Source: a virus. Taken from it: a stretch of 64,000 bases of DNA. Position 1 is the stretch's first letter, and each line of letters opens with the position of its first letter. The stretch spans positions 17,783-81,782 of the IMG/VR virus record IMGVR_UViG_3300031565_014867; one strand, given 5' to 3'. The notes under the pieces were generated by a model. That model had not been told where the DNA came from, ran no database searches, and was given only the letters and a program-made list of their open reading frames with translations. The translations under genes and the position numbers were made by a program. Below, piece by piece: positions 56,508 through 64,000 of the stretch.

Positions 56508-57283
56508 TGCAAAACCACAAGCTGATCCACGGCGATTGTCTCAAAGTGCTTCGGGTGTTGGACGAGGCGACTTGCCTGTTCGCCGACCCGCCTGACAACA
56601 TCGGCCTTGGCTACAACGAATTCAAGGACAAACAGCCGGACGACACCTACGTGGCATGGCTCGGCGACTGCCTGCGGCTGTTCATCCAGAAGGCCGGCAT
56701 CGTGTGGGTCTCGTACAACGCCAAGTGGAGCTTCGCGATGGGCATGATCGTCCACGATCTGCTCCGCGAGCACCAGTGGCTCGAAGCGAAGCCGTGCGTG
56801 CAAACATTCACGTTCGGACAGCATCGCCACAACGACCTGGGCAACAACCACCGGCCGCTTCTCCGTCTCAAACGAGACGACGCGCCGCTCTACCCCGACG
56901 CCATTCGCGTCCCGTCCTGGCGACAACTCAACGGCGACAGGCGGGCCGATCCGCGTGGCCGCGTACCCGGCGATGTCTTCGATGTCCCGCGAGTGACCGG
57001 CAACTCGAAGCAGCGCCGCCGATGGCATCCGACCCAACTCAACGAAGAACTGGTCGAACGATGCGTGAAGCTGAGCACGCGGGAAGGTGAACGAGTGATC
57101 GACCCGTTCGGCGGCACCGGCACCACGCTCCGTGTCTGCGACCGGATCGGCCGACCCTGCACGCTAGTCGAGTACGACCGCGCGTACTGCAACCACATTG
57201 CCGCAGAACACAACCTCAAGCCGCAAGGCACCAATGCAACCGTTTTCCTGCCAACCAAAGAACCTGGAGCCCAACCATGCTGA
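56507..57283 (+). CDS. N4C/N6A DNA methyltransferase-like protein (DPPD variant)
   Basis: HGDCL, ADPPDN, HPTQL, DPFGGTGTT. Confidence 0.85.
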   Translation: MQNHKLIHGDCLKVLRVLDEATCLFADPPDNIGLGYNEFKDKQPDDTYVAWLGDCLRLFIQKAGIVWVSYNAKWSFAMGMIVHDLLREHQWLEAKPCVQTFTFGQHRHNDLGNNHRPLLRLKRDDAPLYPDAIRVPSWRQLNGDRRADPRGRVPGDVFDVPRVTGNSKQRRRWHPTQLNEELVERCVKLSTREGERVIDPFGGTGTTLRVCDRIGRPCTLVEYDRAYCNHIAAEHNLKPQGTNATVFLPTKEPGAQPC

Positions 57284-57477
57284 ACCGTACCCCGTTCTTT
57301 CTTCGCCATGATCCCGCCGTCACCTATGCTCGTCGAGTCTTCGGCTATGCCACGTTGGGCGAGTTGGGCGTTGTCCTCACCAACCTCTCGCTGTTTGTCA
57401 CTTGCCTCGGTGCGAGTGTGTTCACGGCCACCCTGGCGGCAAGCCTCGGACTGAAACTGACCGGCATCCTGCCGTAA
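57277..57477 (+). CDS. Small hydrophobic protein
   Basis: GGAG RBS; hydrophobic C-terminal half. Confidence 0.55.
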   Translation: MLNRTPFFLRHDPAVTYARRVFGYATLGELGVVLTNLSLFVTCLGASVFTATLAASLGLKLTGILP

Positions 57478-57525
57478 CGAACCTCCGTCGTCCCTAGCCA
57501 CCTCCCAACCCGTCGGAGAGAAACC

Positions 57526-57780
57526 ATGCTCGACACACCCGCGCAGAACATCGACCAGCCCACGGTTCCTGCCAACGACTTCCTCGGTCGCCTGATCGAA
57601 GTCGGCCACACGATCGTCTACCCGACTCGTCGCGGCTCGAAGATGTGGATGCAGAAGGCGAACGTCACGCAGGTCGTCCAGCACGACCGCACGCAGCCGC
57701 CGTTGCTCGTCTGCCAGAACCCGACCGGCCGCAAGGTGACGATCCAGAACCTCGACAACTGCATCGTCGTCGGAGGGTAA
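57526..57780 (+). CDS. Small hypothetical protein
   Basis: GGAG RBS; DFLGRLIEVGHTIVY (SH3-like). Confidence 0.65.
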   Translation: MLDTPAQNIDQPTVPANDFLGRLIEVGHTIVYPTRRGSKMWMQKANVTQVVQHDRTQPPLLVCQNPTGRKVTIQNLDNCIVVGG

Positions 57781-57784
57781 AACC

Positions 57785-57979
57785 ATGCCCGCATACGACT
57801 ACATCTGCGACGCCTGCGAACACAAGTTCGAGGGGTTGCACGGAATGGGCGACAAACCGCCCAGGACTTGCCCGGAGTGCAAACGTCGGAAGGTCCGCCG
57901 CGACTTCACGTCGCCACCGGCCATTCACCATCACTACTCACTCATACACCCGCGCCGCAATCGCGGGAGAGGATACTGA
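57785..57979 (+). CDS. FmdB-family zinc ribbon protein
   Basis: MPAYDYICDACEHKFE..CPEC. Confidence 0.88.
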   Translation: MPAYDYICDACEHKFEGLHGMGDKPPRTCPECKRRKVRRDFTSPPAIHHHYSLIHPRRNRGRGY

Positions 57980-57980
57980 C

Positions 57981-58607
57981 ATGACGAATAGCAAACCTGT
58001 GAATCGGATCGCCAAACACCTTGGCAACGGCCAGGTAACGACGAAAGCCGCTGCCCGCGAGGACTACGTCGGCAAGATCGCCCTGGTCGAACCGCCGGTC
58101 GGAACCTTTGGGGCCGGCGAGTACATCATCGTCGACCAGACCGACAACGCCTTGTACGGCGTGAAGCTCGGTTCGGCGTTTGACGGCAGCGAGGTCAAGC
58201 TGATCCCACTCGTCGGCCCGGTCGCCTGGACGATCGTTCGCGTCGAGCCGGACACGTATGGCCTGACCGAATCGACGATCCTCCTCTTGAGCAACTTCGC
58301 CGCCACGCCGCCCGAGGACCGACACGAGGACCTCGAAGCCTGCATCTATGAGGGTGCCGATTACGCCGCCGGTGCGCTCTTGCGGATGCTCGAACGTCGC
58401 CAGCACGAGCGGTGTGAGGCCCTGGTCCACGAGTTGGAACGTATCGAGCGGGATGCCGCGGCTCACTTCAACGGCAACCCCTCAGCCAATGGTTCCGGCT
58501 CCGACGACACGAAACTCACAGCCAACGCAGCCGCCGACAACAATCCCATCCCCGTGTTGCTGATCGACCTGAGCAGATTCGACATGGCCTTCGCCTGGCT
58601 CGTCTGA
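57981..58607 (+). CDS. Hypothetical protein
   Basis: GAGGA RBS before the ATG at 57981. Confidence 0.65.
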   Translation: MTNSKPVNRIAKHLGNGQVTTKAAAREDYVGKIALVEPPVGTFGAGEYIIVDQTDNALYGVKLGSAFDGSEVKLIPLVGPVAWTIVRVEPDTYGLTESTILLLSNFAATPPEDRHEDLEACIYEGADYAAGALLRMLERRQHERCEALVHELERIERDAAAHFNGNPSANGSGSDDTKLTANAAADNNPIPVLLIDLSRFDMAFAWLV

Positions 58608-58701
58608 TCTTCTCTTCCCTTCCTCTCTTCGATGACAAGCCGATGGGTCGGGCTCGACGTGCGCCTGACATACGCCCGGCCCATCGGCGGCGGGTAGTCC
58701 C

Positions 58702-59151
58702 ATGCAGTTCAAACGCAAACGAATCCGCGGCAAGACGCAGAAGACCTACAAAGAGTGGCGTTCCGACTGCGGCCACTACCGGGTCTGCTGGCGCAACGAA
58801 ATCCCCGGCCTCGGTTCCGCCCGGTACTACGCCGCGGTCCGTTGCGACCGCGGCGACGGTCGCGAGCTTTGGGACTTCGCGGCCGATCGCCGCCCCTACC
58901 GAACGCTGAAGGCCGCGCAAGAAGCCTGCCAGAAGAACCAGTGCGTGTGGCAACAGTTCATCGGCCTGGCCGACGCCCCGCGCAAAGGCCGCCTCGATCT
59001 CGCCCGGCAACAGATCGCCAATTCGGTCGTCGGCACCAAACCCACAGCCGGCCGCATCCTCAATTCCTGCCCGCCAGTCTGGGCATTGCCCAAGCTCGCT
59101 CCCTGGCTCTTGAACCTCGTCTCTCCAGATTACAGGGAATCCCACACATGA
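58702..59151 (+). CDS. Basic hypothetical protein
   Basis: High GC3; co-oriented. Confidence 0.65.
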   Translation: MQFKRKRIRGKTQKTYKEWRSDCGHYRVCWRNEIPGLGSARYYAAVRCDRGDGRELWDFAADRRPYRTLKAAQEACQKNQCVWQQFIGLADAPRKGRLDLARQQIANSVVGTKPTAGRILNSCPPVWALPKLAPWLLNLVSPDYRESHT

Positions 59152-59241
59152 ACACGACCCCAACGTCGGTCCCTGCGTCAGCATCGACATCGAAACCACC
59201 GGACTCAATACGGAGAATTGCCAAATCCCGGAGATCGGTGC
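59148..59241 (+). pseudogene. Frameshifted 5' remnant of the exonuclease at 61253
   Basis: 59177-59241 encodes VSIDIETTGLNTENCQIPEIG versus VSIDIETTGLNPENCQILEIG; out of frame with the ATG at 59148. Confidence 0.8.
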
Positions 59242-59265
59242 ATTTGCCGCTCGGGCCAATTGCCC

Positions 59266-60072
59266 CTAGTCAAAAAGGATGTCGAAAACCGTGCGACGCT
59301 TGAGATCGATATTCGCAAAAGTGACATGTGGATAGGGGACAACACCGGGCGATTCAAACTCCACCATGAGAAACCGATTCGTGGAAGCTGACAGGCAGTC
59401 TTCTATGAGTTTCGGTTCCGAGTCGAGAATCCAACTCCAAACCAACGTCTGATACCCTCCCATGCCAAATGCGACCAGAAGCTTCACATTGTCTGCAATG
59501 CCAGGAACAGCAAGCCACAAAAGAACTCCGATGGTCCGTTCGTAATCGAGAGACCGCCCGGACAGGCTCGTGATTTCCGCGGCATCACCGTACTTGTTGA
59601 TTTTGAGTGATTCGTACTGCGATGCGTCCTCGGAAACCTCCGAATCTATAGACGGATGAGAAATCGCCTCCATGACCCTCTCCGAAAGAAACGCTGATCC
59701 TCGATCGAGACTATCGAACGCTGCACGAAGAGAAGCAAATAGTGACTGTTCCACGGAGTTCCCGCCCTGGTCTACACGACGACGCGGGCCCGCGTCTGCA
59801 TCATCAAGCGGAGGGCGAGTGGGCAGGATCAAGACATCCCCAGGGGCAATCGGTGGTAAAGACGTTCTTTCATTCACGATTGGCTTGTCCGAAGGTAGGT
59901 TCAGAATCTGGCCACCGAACCGGTAGCCCTTACCTGCAAGTTGCGAAGCGAGGGCTACGGACATCGTGGTATCTCTTATGCGATGAATATCGACAGGAAA
60001 CGATTTGTGCGAATCCTTTTCACGCAGACTTTGTTTGGGAGTCTGGTAACCCACGAGGAAAAAGCTCGGCAT
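59266..60072 (-). CDS. Cargo hypothetical protein (start uncertain)
   Basis: 268-aa ORF in a lower-GC, opposite-strand insert. Confidence 0.65.
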   Translation of the reverse strand: MPSFFLVGYQTPKQSLREKDSHKSFPVDIHRIRDTTMSVALASQLAGKGYRFGGQILNLPSDKPIVNERTSLPPIAPGDVLILPTRPPLDDADAGPRRRVDQGGNSVEQSLFASLRAAFDSLDRGSAFLSERVMEAISHPSIDSEVSEDASQYESLKINKYGDAAEITSLSGRSLDYERTIGVLLWLAVPGIADNVKLLVAFGMGGYQTLVWSWILDSEPKLIEDCLSASTNRFLMVEFESPGVVPYPHVTFANIDLKRRTVFDILFD

Positions 60073-60123
60073 GTGTGGAATTCCCTATCCTGCGGACAAC
60101 ACGAACCTGACGCAGCACGTAGT

Positions 60124-60924
60124 CTATCGTGGAATGGTCCAGTATTGGAAGTCGCCAGAGTATTTTTCGTAGGAGATTCGGCCCGCCTCAAGCTTGGCAT
60201 CCTCGTAGCCTCCCGAAAACTCATGCTCGGCGTAGAAGTCGTTGTCAGGGCAACCGCATCCAGGCTCATCCGGCGTTGAGCAGGCAAAGCAAATGAGCCA
60301 ATCGCCGGCCTCGACGAACTCATGGACACGCCGAGAAAACTCCTGATCGGACTTCATACGCAACAGAACCCTTCCAAGCCCATCGGCGCAGAACTCGGGG
60401 TTGCTTTCGCAGCGACAGAGTAGTTCGGCCAGCGGGAACCAACAGACGTCAAGGGACACCAACTCGTCATTGTCATCGATATCCTGTGCTTCCACCTCGT
60501 AGAACTCATGGATACGAACGCCGACCAGCGTTGACCATTCTCGATTTGTTCGGGAATCCATCACCATTTCACACGGCTCCGAGATTGCCTTGAAGACATC
60601 ACTCTTCCAGGTATCACGCCATCCGTTGCCCGCCGAGAAGCGATGGTGGAGGCTGAGTTCCTCATTTGCTTCGCGAAATGCCGTACGAAGATGCACATCA
60701 CCGCCTCCGGACAAGTCGACCGGGTCTTCGTGGCCGCCTGGGATGTCGATGCGTCCGGCGAAAGACTGATGTTGCCCACGAGTTATCGTGAGAACACGCC
60801 CTGCCTGACAAACGAGAAGCAGGGCAGATTTATGCCAAAGACCCTCTTGATGCACGACTTGCTTCGTTTTCTCGCCGATGAGTACGCCTTTTTTGTCGTA
60901 GCACGGAATCAATTGCTGGCTCAT
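60124..60924 (-). CDS. NUDIX hydrolase (Idi-like) with a C-terminal Cys-containing extension
   Basis: VHQEGLWHKS, PGGH..TAFREANEEL; CFAC..CGC tail. Confidence 0.8.
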   Translation of the reverse strand: MSQQLIPCYDKKGVLIGEKTKQVVHQEGLWHKSALLLVCQAGRVLTITRGQHQSFAGRIDIPGGHEDPVDLSGGGDVHLRTAFREANEELSLHHRFSAGNGWRDTWKSDVFKAISEPCEMVMDSRTNREWSTLVGVRIHEFYEVEAQDIDDNDELVSLDVCWFPLAELLCRCESNPEFCADGLGRVLLRMKSDQEFSRRVHEFVEAGDWLICFACSTPDEPGCGCPDNDFYAEHEFSGGYEDAKLEAGRISYEKYSGDFQYWTIPR

Positions 60925-61252
60925 GGTTTGGTCCCTTATTGAGGTGGTGAAGTGAACGCCTACTGGTGATTTTATCGCCCGACCAAGCGTTTCGATTTTC
61001 CGCCGGAAAATCTCCGCGGAGGCGAACCGGAGCCGCGAGAACACCGCATGTGAAAGAGAACAGAGTGGCGTCAATCGCATTGTCGCTTCTGCGACACATT
61101 CTGCCGCAGGGTGATGTCCCGCCCTGCGGTCATTCCGACCGTCAAACTGCCAACCAGCCGTATCCTCAATTCTTGCCTGCCAACCTGGGCAATCCCTCAC
61201 CTCGCCCCCGGCTCCTCCATCTCGTCTCACTAAATAGAAAGGTTCCAAACCC

Positions 61253-61858
61253 ATGACCACAACCTACGTCAGCATTGACATCGAAACGACCGGGCTCAAT
61301 CCCGAGAACTGCCAGATCCTGGAGATCGGCGCGGTGATCGACGATGGCACCACGTCGCTCGAAGACTGCCCCACCTTCCACTGTTACGTCGACCACGGAC
61401 TGATCCTCGGCGAGTCTTATGCGTTGTCGATGCACCCGACGATCCTCCGCCGCATTGCCACGAAAGAGGAAGGCTACACATACATCCAACCTTGGGAAGT
61501 CGCCACCCGTTTCCGTGACTTCCTCAAAGAACACGGTCTCGACTCGGAAAACGAAAAGGTCTTCGTTGCCGGCAAGAACTTCGCCAGCTTCGACGCCCGT
61601 TTTCTGAGCAAGATCACCAGTTGGGACAAGCACGTCCAGGTCCACCACCGCAGCCTGGACCCGGCCGCTCTGTACTGGCAGCCGGAGACCGATGGCGTCG
61701 AACTCCCCGACACAAAGACCTGCATGGAACGAGCCGACATCCCCGGCGAGGTTGCCCACACGGCCGTCGAGGACGCGCAAGTGGTCGTTCGTCTCATCCG
61801 TCACGCGATCAACAATCGGAAGACGCTCACCACGGACAACCTGACCCTGGCCAGTTGA
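61253..61858 (+). CDS. DEDDh exonuclease (oligoribonuclease-like)
   Basis: SIDIETTGL, GKNFASFD, HHRSLD, HTAVEDA. Confidence 0.88.
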   Translation: MTTTYVSIDIETTGLNPENCQILEIGAVIDDGTTSLEDCPTFHCYVDHGLILGESYALSMHPTILRRIATKEEGYTYIQPWEVATRFRDFLKEHGLDSENEKVFVAGKNFASFDARFLSKITSWDKHVQVHHRSLDPAALYWQPETDGVELPDTKTCMERADIPGEVAHTAVEDAQVVVRLIRHAINNRKTLTTDNLTLAS

Positions 61859-61911
61859 ACCCCGCCGTGTCGCCCCCTCCAACACCATCTCTTCTACGGA
61901 GTTCTTTCACC

Positions 61912-62127
61912 ATGCCTGAAACCACTGTAGCCCTCCCGCCGGCCAAGGAAGTGCGGCTGTTGGACGTGAAAGCGGTTGCACGATTCTTGTCGTGCAGTGC
62001 GCGGCACGTTTACCGGCTGGCCGACTCGGGCCGGATGCCCCGCCCCCAGAAGCTGGGGGCGTTGGTCCGATGGGACCGTATCGAACTCGAAAAGTGGCTC
62101 GCCGACGACTGCCCGGTGTGTCGGTAG
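61912..62127 (+). CDS. Excisionase/AlpA-like HTH protein
   Basis: LLDVKAVARFLSCSARHVYRL..GRMPRP.KLG.LVRW; upstream of the integrase. Confidence 0.85.
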   Translation: MPETTVALPPAKEVRLLDVKAVARFLSCSARHVYRLADSGRMPRPQKLGALVRWDRIELEKWLADDCPVCR

Positions 62128-62171
62128 ATGCTGCAAAACGCGCCAACATTCCACCGTTCGATCGAAAGTCG

Positions 62172-62210
62172 GGCTTCAGCGAGGGACGTCCTTGCTGAAG
62201 CCTCTTTCTG
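62172..62210 (+). terminator. Hairpin between excisionase and integrase
   Basis: GGCTTCAGCGAGG-GACGT-CCTTGCTGAAGCC followed by TCTTTCT. Confidence 0.5.
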
Positions 62211-62281
62211 CAATCACAATGTCGACAAGAGCCGGCGATTGCCACCGGGCCGGTAATCGCGTCTTCCGTGGGAGAAATGAA

Positions 62282-64000
62282 ATGGGTAGCGTCTACAAGA
62301 AAGCTGTCACGAAGCCTTTGCCGCCTGACGCGGAGATCGTCACCAAGAAGAAGGGGCAATGCGCTCAGTGGAAGGATCGGCGAGGCAAGACCTACTCTGC
62401 GCCTCTCACGACCGGCCGTGACGGGAAGCCGCGAATCCGTGTCGAGGCCAAGACCTATACGGCCAAGTACCGTGACGGTTTGGGTGTCGTTCACGAACAT
62501 GCCACCGGCTGCCGGGGCAAACGTGCGGCGGAGATGGTGCTCGCCAAACTGGAGGAAGAGGCGGAGAAGGTGAAGGCCGGTGTGCTCACCAGCGTCGAAA
62601 GCGAGATGTCGAAGCATCGCGACACGCCTCTGCTGGAGCATGTCGACGAGTACATCACGCATCAATCGGCCAAGGGCGTGAATGCCCAACGAGTGAAGAG
62701 CACGAAGAGCCGGCTGCTACGACTTTCCGAGCAGTGCAATCTTCGTCGGCTCACCGACATATCCGCCGACGCCTTGGAACGTTGGATGCTCGAAAAGGCC
62801 GAGCATGATGACCGAACCAAGAAACCGATGGGGGCCGGTGCTCGCAACGGTTATCGGGAAGCCGCCATCGGTTTCGGAAACTGGCTGGTCAGGAAGAAGC
62901 GAATTCCGGCGAATCCGTTTTCCGACGTTCCCAAAGCCGATGCCAATGTGGATTGCCGTCGTAAACGACGCGCCTTGAACGAAGACGAACTTCGCCGACT
63001 ACTCGACGTGGCCCGACGCCGGCCGCTCGAAGATGCGATGACGGTTCGACGCGGCCCGAAGAAGGGACAACTCACGGCCAACGTCCGGCCAGAGGTTTGT
63101 GAACGACTGGAGCGACTTGGGCGCGAACGGTCGCTGATCTACAAGACGATGGCCCTGACCGGGCTGCGCAAGAACGAACTGGCGACCCTGCTGATTGGCT
63201 GGCTGGAGCTTGGAGCCGAGCCGCCCCATCTGATCCTCGACCCGAAGAACGAGAAGAACCGGGAGGGCAACAGCATCCCGCTCCGCTCGGACCTGGCCGA
63301 AGACCTCCGAGCTTGGATTGCCGAGAAGTCGGAGGCGGAAGCCGGCCCTGACGCTCCGCTGTTCAACGTCCCGACCGGCCTGCTGCGGATTCTCAACCGC
63401 GATCTGAAGTCCGCCGGCATCCCGAAGAAAGACTGCCGCGGCCGGACGGTTGACATCCACGCCCTGCGGCACACCTTCGGCACGATGCTTTCGGCAGCCG
63501 GGGTCAAGCCAAGGACGGCCCAGGAAGCCATGCGGCACAGCGACATCAAACTGACGATGAACGTCTACACCGACCCGGCACTGTTGGACGTGGCTGGGGC
63601 CATCGAGTCGCTGCCCGACCTCCCCCTCGACCGGGGCCAGCCGAACGGTCGACGTCTGCGCTCGGAGCGGAAACCGAGAGAAGAAGCCCATCTCCAGTTT
63701 GCACCAGAGTTTGCACCAACCACGGGGCACCCTGGGCAATTTGGGACAATTCCTGTCAAAATGGCAGTCCCGGACGATCCTCCGCCCGCGTTGTTGTCTC
63801 GCGCCGTAAAGTCATGCTATGACAACAGTAAAGGGCCGCTGTCAACTGCTGACAACGACCCTTTCAAGGTCGGGGCGACTGGATTTGAACCAGCGACCTC
63901 TGCGTCCCGAACGCAGCGCTCTATCCAGGCTGAGCTACGCCCCGATGTTCTAAGTTGTTGCTGGCAATGGCTTTGCGACGAGTGCTTTCGCAACCGATGA
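62282..64000 (+). CDS. int: Tyrosine integrase; the frame continues through att and antisense across the tRNA
   Basis: TGLRKNEL (R), KN (K), HALRHT, MRHS, TMNVY; start at MGSVYKK; first stop at 63998-64000. Confidence 0.93.
   Translation: MGSVYKKAVTKPLPPDAEIVTKKKGQCAQWKDRRGKTYSAPLTTGRDGKPRIRVEAKTYTAKYRDGLGVVHEHATGCRGKRAAEMVLAKLEEEAEKVKAGVLTSVESEMSKHRDTPLLEHVDEYITHQSAKGVNAQRVKSTKSRLLRLSEQCNLRRLTDISADALERWMLEKAEHDDRTKKPMGAGARNGYREAAIGFGNWLVRKKRIPANPFSDVPKADANVDCRRKRRALNEDELRRLLDVARRRPLEDAMTVRRGPKKGQLTANVRPEVCERLERLGRERSLIYKTMALTGLRKNELATLLIGWLELGAEPPHLILDPKNEKNREGNSIPLRSDLAEDLRAWIAEKSEAEAGPDAPLFNVPTGLLRILNRDLKSAGIPKKDCRGRTVDIHALRHTFGTMLSAAGVKPRTAQEAMRHSDIKLTMNVYTDPALLDVAGAIESLPDLPLDRGQPNGRRLRSERKPREEAHLQFAPEFAPTTGHPGQFGTIPVKMAVPDDPPPALLSRAVKSCYDNSKGPLSTADNDPFKVGATGFEPATSASRTQRSIQAELRPDVLSCCWQWLCDECFRNR
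63696..63718 (+). repeat. Tandem AGTTTGCACCA direct repeat, probable integrase arm-type site
   Basis: Two exact 11-bp copies with 12-bp period, about 150 bp from the tRNA 3' end. Confidence 0.65.
63870..63944 (-). tRNA. trnP: tRNA-Pro(CGG), integration site
   Basis: CGGGGCGTAGCTCAGCCTGGATAGAGCGCTGCGTTCGGGACGCAGAGGTCGCTGGTTCAAATCCAGTCGCCCCGA; full cloverleaf; followed by CCT, so CCA is not fully encoded. Confidence 0.97.

Larger units (their letters stand above)
1..63944. mobile_element. Integrated tailed prophage (partial; the other end lies left of the window) inserted at tRNA-Pro
   Basis: Terminase, portal, scaffold, capsid, neck and tail genes; replication module; excisionase and tyrosine integrase facing the 3' end of an intact tRNA. 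Confidence 0.93.

Noticed and set aside
61976-62281. N-terminal extension of the integrase in the ORF track
   Set aside because: Overlaps the excisionase and a terminator-like hairpin; the ATG at 62282 with GGGAG upstream is the better start

Overview
Nearly the whole window is one part of a large, GC-rich tailed prophage integrated at the 3' end of a tRNA-Pro(CGG) gene (63870-63944, minus strand). The other prophage end lies left of the window. A Planctomycetota host is plausible but is only inferred from protein style. Layout: (1) 52-14669, minus-strand late operon: tail tube, GIY-YIG endonuclease, neck genes, holin-like protein, major capsid, scaffold, beta-propeller/neck fusion, portal, gpA-type terminase, a cluster of exported peptidases and thioredoxin-like proteins, and a candidate TerS. 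(2) 14863-22374, a serine recombinase plus a two-gene island: a giant STAS/HATPase/double-PRTase/HATPase protein and a REC-HD protein, probably defensive. (3) 22.4-23.4 kb, non-coding DNA with a candidate packaging motif and an AT-rich inverted repeat. (4) 23.6-33.3 kb, small acidic early genes including ArdA, headed by two copies of a ~900-bp module of conserved length. (5) 34.3-59.2 kb, divergent replication and nucleotide-metabolism operons: primase-helicase, two ParB-like proteins, SNF2 helicase, PolA, ligase, sigma factor, three methyltransferases. (6) A NUDIX cargo pair inside a duplicated gene junction, then exonuclease, excisionase and tyrosine integrase. The main observations are an N-terminal LYLSxxxxTCYxN leader shared by capsid and scaffold, a 46-bp motif at the heads of three operons alongside a peptidase-sigma fusion ORF, a possible protease/thioredoxin lysis cassette, a tRNA-like element lacking an anticodon arm, and an integrase frame that runs through the att site. 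All calls come from motif recognition by eye; no searches were run.
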